DNA from: a virus
Taxonomy: Duplodnaviria > Caudoviricetes
Length of the DNA: 64,000 nucleotides
Virus record (IMG/VR): IMGVR_UViG_3300030376_007431
Span: 21,625-85,624 of that record
Reading direction: 5' to 3' (one strand)
Shown: positions 27,467 through 37,749 of the stretch, piece by piece
Layout of the letters: every line of letters begins with the position of its first letter
Numbering within the stretch: position 1 is the first letter of the stretch
The notes under the pieces: model-generated
The model's database searches: none
What the model was told of the DNA's origin: nothing
What the model saw: only the letters and a program-made list of their open reading frames with translations
Program-made: the position numbers and the translations under genes

Positions 27467-27471
27467 AAGTT

Positions 27472-27505
27472 TGCTATAATCTTTTATACATACTTTGGAT
27501 AGGAG
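27472..27505 (+). promoter_or_regulatory. Extended -10 promoter (TGCTATAAT) and RBS upstream of ssb
   Basis: TGnTATAAT at 27472-27480 in the intergenic gap. AGGAG at 27501-27505. Confidence 0.6.
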
Positions 27506-27510
27506 ACACA

Positions 27511-27849
27511 ATGAATAACTGTAACTTTGTAGGTAGACTAGCATCTGATGTAGAATTAAAAGATGTTGGATCTACGAAATTGGCAACATTTTCAATAGCT
27601 GTGGAAGAGCATAGAAAAGACAAAGAGGGAAACAAGAAGAAAAGAGTTGACTTTTTTGAGTTCGAGGCTTGGGACACGGGAGCTATAACAATACAGAAAA
27701 TGTGTAAAAAGGGCGATATGGTAGCTGTTCAATGCTGTGCCAGACAACAAAAATGGACAGACTCGACTGGAAATTCAAAACAAAAAGTAAACTTTAGAAT
27801 GCAAAGCTTTAAGGTGTTTCATGGAAAAGAACCTAGTAATGAACAATGA
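27511..27849 (+). CDS. ssb: Single-stranded DNA-binding protein (OB fold, no acidic tail)
   Basis: NFVGRLASD, FSIAV, FFEFEAW and KKGDMV. Confidence 0.92.
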   Translation: MNNCNFVGRLASDVELKDVGSTKLATFSIAVEEHRKDKEGNKKKRVDFFEFEAWDTGAITIQKMCKKGDMVAVQCCARQQKWTDSTGNSKQKVNFRMQSFKVFHGKEPSNEQ

Positions 27850-28300
27850 TGAATTGAGCTTGGAGGCCAACTTAGATATAATTATTTGTCTGGTCACTGA
27901 GTTTAGTAACTCCGTAGATTCGTATGAGTTTGAAGATCTTCTACAGGTAGCGTATTTAGGCGCACTTAAGGCAATAAAAAATTATGACGAGGAAGTAGGC
28001 CCTCTAAAACCCTATGTTTTTTCTTGTGTTAGAAATCATCTACTAAGATTCCTAAAGAGCGAAAAAAGATGGTCTGAGTCCGTAGAATTGATTTCAAATA
28101 TTTCACCTAAATATAATGATGACCATACTTTTATGGAATTCAAAAACGTGATAGACAATACAAAAAAGCTATTGCCTCTCGAAAGAAACTTATTGCATAT
28201 GAAGGTGTTAGGGCTTTCAAGAAAAGAGATTTGCGATAATCTTAGCCTGACCAAAAATGAATATTATAATTTTATGTACTCAGGATTAAACAAGATCTAA
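27839..28300 (+). CDS. Sigma-70/ECF-like RNA polymerase sigma factor
   Basis: Region 2 EDLLQVAYLG..AIKNYD and region 4 HTH LGLSRKEICDNL. Likely start is ATG 27839. Confidence 0.85.
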   Translation: MNNDELSLEANLDIIICLVTEFSNSVDSYEFEDLLQVAYLGALKAIKNYDEEVGPLKPYVFSCVRNHLLRFLKSEKRWSESVELISNISPKYNDDHTFMEFKNVIDNTKKLLPLERNLLHMKVLGLSRKEICDNLSLTKNEYYNFMYSGLNKI

Positions 28301-28303
28301 AGA

Positions 28304-29971
28304 ATGAGAAGAAAAAAAATACTAATCTGCACCGAAGCCCACTGGCTACCCACCGGCTACTCCGTGTATACCAAAGAAGTTTTAGGTAGACTTAGCAGAA
28401 ACCCTAATTTTGAAATAGCTGAGTTAGCCTGCTATGTCACACAAGAAGAGGCTGATGGCCAAAACGTACCTTGGAAAATTATAGCTAATCAACCACTAAA
28501 AAATGGTCCGGAGTGGGAAGTATATAAATCAAGTCCTTCTAGTGAATTCGGGGAGTTCAAGTTTAACGAAACTTTGATTGACTTTATGCCAGATTTTGTT
28601 ATGGATATAAGAGACTGGTGGATGTTGGAGTTCGTTGGTCGTACGCTTTTCCGAGATTTCTTTCAATGGGCAATAATGCCGGCTGTTGACGCTCGCCCTC
28701 AAAACAAACAATGGGTAGATACGTACTCATCCGCAGATGCAGTATTTGCATATTCTGAGTTTGGTAGGGATGTATTGCTAGGGCAGTCGGATGGAATGAA
28801 TTTTATAGATGTCGCATCACCTTGCGCAAGTCCTGTTTTTCATCCACCGGAAAGCAAAAGTGAACACAAGAAGCTTGGAGGTATAGATCCAGATTCTTTC
28901 GTTATAGGTACGGTAATGAGAAACCAAAGGAGAAAGCTCTACCCAGACTTATTTGAAGTATTCGCAAACTTCTTAGATGCAACCAAAGCAAACAACGCCT
29001 ACTTATATTGCCACACCGCTTATCCAGATTTAGGCTGGGAAATACCGCAACTTCTTCATGAATACGGTATCGGAGACAGGGTATTATTTACATACAGATG
29101 TAAAAAATGTGGCACAATTACTCCAAAGCTATTCAGTGACGTAATATCTCACTGTTCTCACTGCGGAAGTTACGAATCTCAGATGATTGGAATAAATAAC
29201 AAAGCAACTGAAGAGGATCTAGCGGAAGTCTATAGGCTATTCGATGTCTATATTCAGTATGCTAATAGCGAAGGTTTTGGGATGCCTCAACTAGAGGCGA
29301 CCAGTACTGGATTACCCTTGATAACGGTTGATTATTCAGCAATGGAGTCGGTGGGAAATAAGATTGGTGCATTCAAAGTTCCTGTCATGAAACTACACAC
29401 CGAGTGTGAAACTGGATGCTTACGAGCTATACCAGACAATGATGCAGCAATGTTGTATCTCATGAAACTTTATTCGCTTGGGAATGAGGCTGTGGTTGAT
29501 TCCGGCGAAAGAATGAGACAGGCAACGTTAGAAAACTATAGCTGGGATACGACGGCACAGAAGTGGGGTGACTATTTTGACAGAACTCCCGTGCTTGACC
29601 TGAAGAAAACATGGCTTTCTCCGCCAAGAATGTTTAACCCAGCTAAGGAAATACCTGCGAATTTAACAACAATCAAAGATCAAGTTGACTTTTTGTTTGC
29701 TAATGTTCTTGGGCGCCCAGAGTGGATAGGAAATTATTTTTGGAAGAGAACAGTTAGAGACCTCACATACAAGAGTACAATGGCCAGCACTGCTGTTGAC
29801 TTTCATTTTAGTGAATCTCATACTGGCTCTCATGATGTAAGAGCTTGGAGTCGCTTTACTTTGCAAGATGCACATGAGAGTTTTATTAAGGCGGCAGAAG
29901 TAAACAATCAATGGGAACGCTATCGCCTAGAAAAAGTTGAAGCTATAATGTCTGGAGGAGTCAGCAGATAA
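28304..29971 (+). CDS. GT4 family glycosyltransferase with an inserted zinc ribbon
   Basis: TGYSVY, VMRNQRRK, YANSEGFGMPQLEA. CKKC..CSHC insertion. Confidence 0.88.
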   Translation: MRRKKILICTEAHWLPTGYSVYTKEVLGRLSRNPNFEIAELACYVTQEEADGQNVPWKIIANQPLKNGPEWEVYKSSPSSEFGEFKFNETLIDFMPDFVMDIRDWWMLEFVGRTLFRDFFQWAIMPAVDARPQNKQWVDTYSSADAVFAYSEFGRDVLLGQSDGMNFIDVASPCASPVFHPPESKSEHKKLGGIDPDSFVIGTVMRNQRRKLYPDLFEVFANFLDATKANNAYLYCHTAYPDLGWEIPQLLHEYGIGDRVLFTYRCKKCGTITPKLFSDVISHCSHCGSYESQMIGINNKATEEDLAEVYRLFDVYIQYANSEGFGMPQLEATSTGLPLITVDYSAMESVGNKIGAFKVPVMKLHTECETGCLRAIPDNDAAMLYLMKLYSLGNEAVVDSGERMRQATLENYSWDTTAQKWGDYFDRTPVLDLKKTWLSPPRMFNPAKEIPANLTTIKDQVDFLFANVLGRPEWIGNYFWKRTVRDLTYKSTMASTAVDFHFSESHTGSHDVRAWSRFTLQDAHESFIKAAEVNNQWERYRLEKVEAIMSGGVSR

Positions 29972-31083
29972 TGAAGGTATTATATATAGGAAATTACAAT
30001 GACCAGACCGGCTGGGGTGATGCAGCATTAAATAATATATTAGCCCTAGATTCCGCAGGCGTAGATGTTGTACCTAGATCTATTTCTTTTAATAATTCTC
30101 ATATTGCGAATGAACTAAGAATCAAACAGCTAGAACTTAATAGCACAAAAGGGTGCGATATATGTATTCAGCATACACTACCTAACCTTTATTCTTATCA
30201 TGAGGGTTTAAAAAATATAGGCGTATTCTATACCGAAACTCTAACTTTCACTGAGAGTATGTGGCACAAACATATAAACCTATTAGATGAAGTGTGGGTA
30301 GCTAATAGCCAAATGGCGGAGGCGTGTCAAAAAAGTTTGGTCAACATTCCAGTGAGTATTGCTCCACTATCTTTAGATATCGCAGATTACGGAGATAGAT
30401 ATAAAGATTGCGCGACTATGGATAACATCGAGTCCACATTTAATTTTTGCTTTGTTGGAGAGATGATACACAGAAAAAACATTGAAGGCTTGCTCAGAGC
30501 ATTCCATACAGAGTTTCACCCGTCTGAACCTGTTAATCTCTTCCTAAAAGTAACAAAGTCAGGATACAATTCACAAGACACACTATCTTATTTTGAAGCA
30601 ATGGCGGCCAACGTAAAAAGAAACTTAAAGATAAGAGACAATTATAAAGAGGAAGTAGTTGTTTCCGGACATTTAGAAAAAAGACACCTAAAGTCGCTTA
30701 TGGCAAAATGCAACTGTTTTGTTATGCCTAGTTTTGGAGAAGCTTGGTGCATACCTGCCTTAGAAGCCATGGCTTTGGCTATGCCTGTCATATACACTAA
30801 GGGGACTGGCATGGATGATTTTTGTTACGGTTGGAGCGTTGACTCTAGACCTTCACCATGCTATGGAGCTACTGACTCTCTTGGTGGCCTCTACACATCA
30901 AAGACTAAATGGGTAGAGCCTGATATTGAGTCGCTAGCTTCGTGCATGAGGGTCGCATTTGAGACGTATAAAAATTCACCTCAGAAATATAGCGAGATGC
31001 AGCAGAACGCAAGAAGCCGCGCTGTGAAATACGACCGCCTATCTATAGGTAGAAAATTAAAGGAGTTACTGCAAAATGGCTAA
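29971..31083 (+). CDS. GT4 family glycosyltransferase
   Basis: RKNIEGLLRAF and PSFGEAWCIPALEAMA. Confidence 0.9.
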   Translation: MKVLYIGNYNDQTGWGDAALNNILALDSAGVDVVPRSISFNNSHIANELRIKQLELNSTKGCDICIQHTLPNLYSYHEGLKNIGVFYTETLTFTESMWHKHINLLDEVWVANSQMAEACQKSLVNIPVSIAPLSLDIADYGDRYKDCATMDNIESTFNFCFVGEMIHRKNIEGLLRAFHTEFHPSEPVNLFLKVTKSGYNSQDTLSYFEAMAANVKRNLKIRDNYKEEVVVSGHLEKRHLKSLMAKCNCFVMPSFGEAWCIPALEAMALAMPVIYTKGTGMDDFCYGWSVDSRPSPCYGATDSLGGLYTSKTKWVEPDIESLASCMRVAFETYKNSPQKYSEMQQNARSRAVKYDRLSIGRKLKELLQNG

Positions 31084-32107
31084 TGCTACACAGCAATCCA
31101 TAAGGTCTATAATTAGAAGATCTCAACTGACACCTCAGCAAAAGTTAAACATCTTGACGTTTTGCACACATGAAAGATACGAGCAGAACCTATGCAAGAC
31201 AGGTCATAATTTCTATGCTATCAACCAAGGCAAGACTTGGAATAAAGATTTTGGAGTCATACCAGACAATTACCATGAAATAGATGTATTACCTTGGCAC
31301 GTTGGGTTTGACTTAGTATTATGCCACACTAGCTGTGATAGGTTAATAACAGCCAAAAAAATCCAGAACATGTATAATATACCTATAATCCGGCATACTC
31401 ATGTGCTGCCAGATGTAAGGCTTGATGTACAGAACCAAATACATTCATTCAATAGCATTGAGGTTGATCACAATAGTTTTATATCCAATTACAATAGATC
31501 TGCGTGGGGATATGGCCACGAAAATACGTCCTTCATAGAGCATGGGATTGACTATAAGTTTTGGTCTGATAATTCCAATGACGAAAAAGAAAGGGAGAAT
31601 GTCTGTATCTCGGTCGTTAACCAGTGGCCAAATAGAGATTGGTGCTGCGGGTGGAATTTATGGAAAGAAACAGTAGGATTTTCGGAAGAGACCATGCAGG
31701 CATCGCTGCCAATAAAGGTTCTTGGCGATAGTCCCGGACTATCCGAAGCCGCCCCTAGTATAGAATCCCTGAGAGGCTCATATAGGGCTTCTTCTGTTTT
31801 CCTTAATACTTCTCTCCATTCACCAGTACCTACCGTCCTGATGGAAGCTATGGCTTCTGGATGCGCTATAGTAAGCACTAACAACTGCATGATTCCAGAA
31901 ATAATCCAGCATGGTGAGAACGGTCTGCTTGCGGATACCGCAGATGAGCTACGCGCATCTTGCCAGTATCTGCTTAACAATCCAGACGAATCGAGAAGAC
32001 TGGGCCAAAATGCACAAGACACAATAAAAGAAAAATACAATCTAGAAAGATTCGTACATAACTGGAATGAGTTATTTTTCGGAACAATAGATAATTATAG
32101 GAAATAA
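31076..32107 (+). CDS. GT4 family glycosyltransferase
   Basis: NTSLHSPVPTVLMEAMASGC and IIQHGENG. Confidence 0.9.
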   Translation: MANATQQSIRSIIRRSQLTPQQKLNILTFCTHERYEQNLCKTGHNFYAINQGKTWNKDFGVIPDNYHEIDVLPWHVGFDLVLCHTSCDRLITAKKIQNMYNIPIIRHTHVLPDVRLDVQNQIHSFNSIEVDHNSFISNYNRSAWGYGHENTSFIEHGIDYKFWSDNSNDEKERENVCISVVNQWPNRDWCCGWNLWKETVGFSEETMQASLPIKVLGDSPGLSEAAPSIESLRGSYRASSVFLNTSLHSPVPTVLMEAMASGCAIVSTNNCMIPEIIQHGENGLLADTADELRASCQYLLNNPDESRRLGQNAQDTIKEKYNLERFVHNWNELFFGTIDNYRK

Positions 32108-32109
32108 TA

Positions 32110-32532
32110 ATGAGAATCATACTATCCAACACAGAGCCAAGTTTAAAAAACTATACTTGGATTAAAGACATTTCTTCTTTAGATGAAGTTGTTGATGACG
32201 CTGAAGCCACTGAGATTATAGTTGATAATTTTTTATCTTCTTTTAACTTCTCATTTGCTGGTGAGGCTCTCAAGAAAATACTATCTAAACTAAGAACTAG
32301 AGGGACTATTACAGTTTACGTTAAAGATATTTCTTTAATCTGCCATAATGTGGCGTCAGTTGCTTTAGATATATCTGATATAAACACACTATTCTTTGAG
32401 GATAGTCAGGCTATAGCTTCTGTTCTTAATTTGTCTAATGTAGACGATATTCTAACTCAGTGTGGATTAACAGTTAAAGAAAAACATCTAAATATTGAAA
32501 CATGCCAAGGCATTATTGTAGCAGCGAGGTAA
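32110..32532 (+). CDS. Degenerate methyltransferase-fold protein
   Basis: EIIVDNFL..LKKILSKLRTRGTITVYVKD resembles the C-terminal half of type-11 MTases, but the GxG SAM motif is missing. Confidence 0.4.
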   Translation: MRIILSNTEPSLKNYTWIKDISSLDEVVDDAEATEIIVDNFLSSFNFSFAGEALKKILSKLRTRGTITVYVKDISLICHNVASVALDISDINTLFFEDSQAIASVLNLSNVDDILTQCGLTVKEKHLNIETCQGIIVAAR

Positions 32533-32536
32533 AACT

Positions 32537-33385
32537 ATGGAAGATCTAAAAGAGCAAGCATGCAACCAAATCGAGATGAGATGCAAAGGCTGTGTGTTCA
32601 TCACCAATATAGAACAAGAGGCGTCAACCAAACAAATCGGATGTCGGCTAGGAAGATCGGACGTGTTGTGTCCAGACTCGACTGGGGAAACAGACGAAGA
32701 TGGAAATTTTAGCTTTGTATTTGATAGATTCTGCAACTGCTATAGACCAAAGGCTTGGGCAGATAGACTAAGCGCAGATGTTATACAGGAAGAGGAAGTA
32801 CTAGAAGAGGTTGTCCCACGAGTTGGTCTGTTCCTAATCTTTGACAAATCATTTAAGGAGCAAGGAATCGCCAAACTGTTAGAGACCATCGGAGACGTAA
32901 AATCACAAACATTATCTAAATTTAGATATGTTGTTGTGCTTAATCCTGACGTGGCATACAATCAAGAAATACAGGAAATTTTAGCTGATAGTTTTGACTT
33001 TGAACAAACTGAGTACCACTTAATCCAAGTATTGTCAGATGATGTTGAGCCGTATCATCTGGATGACGCTATTGGGTTTGCGAAAAATGGCTGGGTCTTA
33101 GTTACTACTATAGGTCAGAATATTCCTCATGATTTCATTGAGAAAATGAATAATAGAATAAATAGAGATCTTCTCCGTACAGCAATTATTAAGCCGTATG
33201 ACGGACTAAATGGTCTGGTATTCCAGTCCAGCCTGTATAAATTTTTAGATGGCAATAAAAGAGTGATCCACTCAGAAACAGGAGAAGAAATTCCGTTCAG
33301 TTTTCTTGATCGTGTTAATGGCATGGAACAGAGTGACGACAATATCGTATCCAAATGGGAGGACTTTGTAAATGACCCTTCCTAA
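32537..33385 (+). CDS. Hypothetical protein with an N-terminal Cys cluster and a possible GT-A-like domain
   Basis: CKGC..GC..FCNC followed by alpha/beta segments. Lies inside the GT cluster. Confidence 0.45.
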   Translation: MEDLKEQACNQIEMRCKGCVFITNIEQEASTKQIGCRLGRSDVLCPDSTGETDEDGNFSFVFDRFCNCYRPKAWADRLSADVIQEEEVLEEVVPRVGLFLIFDKSFKEQGIAKLLETIGDVKSQTLSKFRYVVVLNPDVAYNQEIQEILADSFDFEQTEYHLIQVLSDDVEPYHLDDAIGFAKNGWVLVTTIGQNIPHDFIEKMNNRINRDLLRTAIIKPYDGLNGLVFQSSLYKFLDGNKRVIHSETGEEIPFSFLDRVNGMEQSDDNIVSKWEDFVNDPS

Positions 33386-34187
33386 TGTGGCAATTATAAT
33401 TAGTAACTATAACTACGGAGACTATGTTTTAGATGCTATATCAAGCGCTTTGAAGCAAGACTATGAAGGTCAGATGCGAATTTATGTAGTAGACGATGGC
33501 TCTTCTGATGGATCTTACCAGAAGCTATTAGACTACGCAGGGGAAGACATATCCTGCATAACGGACGCTTATCAGAAGACAGAACCATATTATAATGGCG
33601 AGATGAGGTCATTTCAGTGCAGCGACCTGAACCTGTGGTGTTACCATATAGAAAATTCAGGCGCGAGTACAGCCAGAAATGTTGGCATATGGGAAGCTTG
33701 GGAATGGGCAGACATCTTTGCTATTCTTGACGCGGATGACACTTATCGAAGTGACAAGGTTCGTAAACAAGTTGCGAAACTCACAAAGCATAAAGAGGTG
33801 GGAGTAACGTATTCAGACTATATAATCCATAAAACCTATAACGGCAATGACTACTCTAAATACGAGTACAAGTATCCTTACTCTAGAAAAGAGCTTGACA
33901 ACCAATGTATAGTTCATAGCGCAGGGCTTATTAAGAAAGAGTATTTGGAGATGATAATGTTGTCAAATCAAGAGTTTTATGACAGTAGACTGCACGGGCC
34001 GGGAAGCAAAGCATTCATAGGATGTACCGAAGATTACGACCTATGGTTAAGATTAGCCAAACACTGTATTATAACACACATACCCGAGCCTCTTTCCTTT
34101 GTTCGTGAGACTGGCCAAAACCAATCTATGAAAATGACAGCCGATATATTTCAAGAAAACGCTAAAATTTTGAGGCAAAATGTCTAG
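33372..34187 (+). CDS. GT2 family glycosyltransferase
   Basis: IISNYNY, VVDDGSSD, ARNVG, LDADD and EDYDLWLR. Confidence 0.92.
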   Translation: MTLPNVAIIISNYNYGDYVLDAISSALKQDYEGQMRIYVVDDGSSDGSYQKLLDYAGEDISCITDAYQKTEPYYNGEMRSFQCSDLNLWCYHIENSGASTARNVGIWEAWEWADIFAILDADDTYRSDKVRKQVAKLTKHKEVGVTYSDYIIHKTYNGNDYSKYEYKYPYSRKELDNQCIVHSAGLIKKEYLEMIMLSNQEFYDSRLHGPGSKAFIGCTEDYDLWLRLAKHCIITHIPEPLSFVRETGQNQSMKMTADIFQENAKILRQNV

Positions 34188-34890
34188 ATTTATTCATAAA
34201 ATAAAAGGCACTCCGAGATCATCTCCGGTGGCTATACTTTCCGCAGGGATAGGTTCAAGAATAAAATCTCACGAACCTAGAGCCTTACTTAAGGTTGGAA
34301 ATAAATTACTTTTAGAGCACCAAATAGAGGTAATCAACAAGGCATTTCCTCAACCGGATGTAATTGTGGGTGTAGGATACGAGCCTTGGAAGATAATGAA
34401 AAGAGTATCGGAGTCTGCGAGATTTGTCGAGAATCAATTATATGAGACATCTGGTAGTTTTGAAACCCTTAGACTTATAGTCAACAATACCAAAGAAGAC
34501 AACATTATCTTTTTTCACGGGGATCTATACTTCAAACAGCAATTTTTTCAAAGCTTTGACTATTCAAAATCATTTGTTGTATGTGATAATACAAACAATA
34601 TGTCGGACAAAGAAGTTGGAGTTACTGAGAATAGACAAAAAGCTACAATATTTTCTTATGGACTTGAGAATAAATGGTGCCAAATTGCCTTTTTAAAAAA
34701 CAAGGAGATGACCATACTTCGTCAAATATGCCAGAAACCAAGTCAAGAAATGAAGTCGCTATTGACTTTTGAGATTCTTAATGCTATAATTAACAAAGGA
34801 GGCGTTTTCAATATACACTACGCTCCGGAAAACTCAATATTGGAAATTGATTCCATGAAGGATTTGAATAATGAAAATTTTAATTTCTAG
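34180..34890 (+). CDS. Nucleotidyltransferase (LicC/choline-phosphate cytidylyltransferase-like)
   Basis: ILSAGIGSR..PRALL, HGDL and EIDSMKD. Confidence 0.8.
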   Translation: MSRFIHKIKGTPRSSPVAILSAGIGSRIKSHEPRALLKVGNKLLLEHQIEVINKAFPQPDVIVGVGYEPWKIMKRVSESARFVENQLYETSGSFETLRLIVNNTKEDNIIFFHGDLYFKQQFFQSFDYSKSFVVCDNTNNMSDKEVGVTENRQKATIFSYGLENKWCQIAFLKNKEMTILRQICQKPSQEMKSLLTFEILNAIINKGGVFNIHYAPENSILEIDSMKDLNNENFNF

Positions 34891-35914
34891 CGACGGTATG
34901 CATGCCCATTATTTTCAAAGGGCTGCATGGCTAAAAGGTTTTAACGAAGCCGGTATACAAACGCTACTATGGGACTGCAAGACGACGCCAGCTTTTGATG
35001 TGTTTGATACCTTTGAACCAGATGTGTTTTTGGGGCAAACCTATAACCTAAATAAACCTCTACTTAAATGCATCTATGAAAGGCCACATTTAAAGATAGG
35101 TCTTAGATCGGGAGATTGGGGAGACTTCGCACCTGACCCAAGATTCAATGTCCTCCATGCATCAGAGCAAGATATAAGAATACTTGAAAAGCTTAAGCAA
35201 GAGACGGGCAAGCCTGATTTTGTACATATTCATTATGCTCAAGATGCTGTAGACCAAACGCACTCTTCATACAAAAACATTGGAATAGAAGCCAAATCTA
35301 TTATAATGTGTGCAGATGTTCATGAGTATTCTGGATCATCTTATGATGAATCATTAGCCTGCGACATAGGTTTTGTTGGTGGATATTGGCCCCATAAGGG
35401 TATCATAATTGACAAGTATCTCACCCCGATGTGTCACCCTGTAGGTAAATATAACATTAAGATTTTTGGCAACCAACCTTGGCATGTCAACCAATACTGT
35501 GGATTCATAAAGGACAACAAAGTAAAAGATCTTTTCAAGTCCGCAAAGGTGTCTCCTAATCTGAGCGAGCCCCATGCACATGAATACGGTTTTGATATTA
35601 ATGAGAGATGTTTTAAAATATTGTGTGCGGGTGGATTCTGTGTGGCTGATAATGTAACAGCAATAAAGAAAATCTTTAATGGAAATGGTGTTGTTTTTGC
35701 AGAGTCACCCGATGACTTTACCAGCAAGATAGATCATTATATAAATAATCCCGAAGAAAGAAACGAGCTCGCTTCTCAAGGTCAGAAATTTGTTCTGTCA
35801 AATCATACAAACTTTCACAGGGTTTCGGAGATACTGAAGCTCTTTGGTTTTGAAGTAGAGGCTGCGAAAATTTTGAACAGATGGGACGATATTAGGAAGA
35901 CAGCTAATGTATAA
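34871..35914 (+). CDS. GT-B glycosyltransferase (CgeB/Glyco_trans_1_2-like)
   Basis: DIGFVGG, SPNL..DINERCFKIL..GGFCVAD and HTNFHRV. Confidence 0.8.
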   Translation: MKILISSDGMHAHYFQRAAWLKGFNEAGIQTLLWDCKTTPAFDVFDTFEPDVFLGQTYNLNKPLLKCIYERPHLKIGLRSGDWGDFAPDPRFNVLHASEQDIRILEKLKQETGKPDFVHIHYAQDAVDQTHSSYKNIGIEAKSIIMCADVHEYSGSSYDESLACDIGFVGGYWPHKGIIIDKYLTPMCHPVGKYNIKIFGNQPWHVNQYCGFIKDNKVKDLFKSAKVSPNLSEPHAHEYGFDINERCFKILCAGGFCVADNVTAIKKIFNGNGVVFAESPDDFTSKIDHYINNPEERNELASQGQKFVLSNHTNFHRVSEILKLFGFEVEAAKILNRWDDIRKTANV

Positions 35915-36866
35915 AGACGACAAAATTTTAATAACCGGAGGAACAGGCTTTTTAGGGAAGGCTGTTGTGAACACGCTTAGTTCGCAAGGCTACAACAATT
36001 TGCTACCCATAGGTAGGTCTGTGGATCTGACGTGTTGCGAGGAAACGTTTGATTTTTTTGAAAAGCAAAACCCTGATGTGGTAATTCATCTTGCTGCTAC
36101 TGTTGGCGGCATAGGTGCAAATAAAGAAAATCCCGGACTGTTCATGTACAACAATTTGGTCATGGGAACCAATACTATTGAAGCTTCTAGACTTAACAAA
36201 GTTAAGAAATTTGTAATGGTTGGAACTGTTTGCGCTTATCCTAAATTCACACCTGTGCCATTTAAAGAGGACGATATCTGGAATGGATACCCCGAAGAAA
36301 CAAACGCGCCTTATGGTATTGCCAAGAAATCGCTTATGCGTTTGGTGCAATCGTATCATGAGCAATACAACTTTAACGGCGTTAACCTCATTCCTGTTAA
36401 TATGTATGGTCCTCACGATAACTTTGATCCTGCCATAAGCCATGTTATTCCAGCACTCATCCTTAAGTTCTATAAGGCTTTAAAATTTGATCTAGAAGCG
36501 GTGGAGGTTTGGGGTACTGGTGAAGCTAGTAGAGAGTTTTTATATGTAGAAGACTGTGCTCACGCTGTGCATTTAGCTCTTGAAAAGGATATTTCCCCAG
36601 AACCAATTAATATAGGGACTGGTGGTGAGATAAAAATAAAGTATCTAGCCCACACAATCGCAGAAGTTATGGGTTATAAAGGTAGTATATATTTTAACTC
36701 CAGCTATCCAGATGGACAGCCCCGAAGACAGTTAGACATAAGCAGAGCTAAAGAAAGACTATATTATGAACCAAAGGTAGATCTCCTAGATGGGCTTGAG
36801 GCTACGGTAGACTGGTTTATGGAAAACAAGGAGGACTTTGATGTTTACCTTAACCGTATTCAGTAA
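35907..36866 (+). CDS. fcl: GDP-L-fucose synthase (GDP-4-keto-6-deoxymannose epimerase/reductase)
   Basis: ITGGTGFLG, HLAATVGGIG, YGIAK, PVNMYGPHDNF, WGTGEASREFLYV and DGQPRR. Confidence 0.94.
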   Translation: MYKDDKILITGGTGFLGKAVVNTLSSQGYNNLLPIGRSVDLTCCEETFDFFEKQNPDVVIHLAATVGGIGANKENPGLFMYNNLVMGTNTIEASRLNKVKKFVMVGTVCAYPKFTPVPFKEDDIWNGYPEETNAPYGIAKKSLMRLVQSYHEQYNFNGVNLIPVNMYGPHDNFDPAISHVIPALILKFYKALKFDLEAVEVWGTGEASREFLYVEDCAHAVHLALEKDISPEPINIGTGGEIKIKYLAHTIAEVMGYKGSIYFNSSYPDGQPRRQLDISRAKERLYYEPKVDLLDGLEATVDWFMENKEDFDVYLNRIQ

Positions 36867-37749
36867 AGATAGAGCTTTACAGCTTGATCTCACACTAAAT
36901 AGTGTTAAAGAGAATTTAGCATTTTTTGATAATATAATTGTTTTATATAATATTTCATCACCCTCATTTCATAAAGGTTATGAGATACTGATGAAGCAAC
37001 ATCCTGACGTAAAGTTTATCCGTCAAAAGGGTAGCATATTTAGAAATATATCCTCTATAATTGATGACTGCGAAAACGAATACTTTTGCATGTGTACAGA
37101 TGATATGATAGCCTACACCTCTTATAGGAGCAGCGTAAGCATACATAAAGCATTTCAAACGCCTCTGCCTCATGAGGCTGGCCACGCTATAAATATATCT
37201 ATGTTCTCGTTGAGGAATGGACGAAATATAACGAAAAGAAATGCTGCGGGGAGAACGATACCTGATCATATGCCTCTATTCCTATCAGACGGAGACACGG
37301 ACTGCATCTACTGGAGCTGGACAAGTATTCCATATGGAGGGTATTGGGGATATCCACTTTCTACTGACGGACATATATATAAGACTAAAACAATAGCTAA
37401 TGTATTTGAGGAACTTGTAGTCTTAGACAAATACTACTCAACAAAGGGAATTCCAAGATCAAAGAATGCTTGGCCCCAAACACCAAATGTAATAGAAAGC
37501 AAGATGCAGAGGGCTATCTATGACCTTGAAACAGTATGTGCGTGTCCGCCCCGTAGCTGTTTTGTAAACAGTCCCAATAATAGAGTTCAAGATGTGGCTG
37601 CGAACTCTCACGGCGACAAGTATTCTTATAGCCAACAGGATTTAAATGATAAATTTTTAGATGGCGCTAGGATAGACTTAAATAAACTTCATTTTGGTTT
37701 TATCGAGTGTCCACATACAGAGATAGACATATTAGAGGGTTTAGTATGA
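36838..37749 (+). CDS. Putative GT-A glycosyltransferase
   Basis: VFSKDRALQL, CTDD and GYPLSTDGHI. Lies inside the GT cluster. Confidence 0.55.
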   Translation: MMFTLTVFSKDRALQLDLTLNSVKENLAFFDNIIVLYNISSPSFHKGYEILMKQHPDVKFIRQKGSIFRNISSIIDDCENEYFCMCTDDMIAYTSYRSSVSIHKAFQTPLPHEAGHAINISMFSLRNGRNITKRNAAGRTIPDHMPLFLSDGDTDCIYWSWTSIPYGGYWGYPLSTDGHIYKTKTIANVFEELVVLDKYYSTKGIPRSKNAWPQTPNVIESKMQRAIYDLETVCACPPRSCFVNSPNNRVQDVAANSHGDKYSYSQQDLNDKFLDGARIDLNKLHFGFIECPHTEIDILEGLV

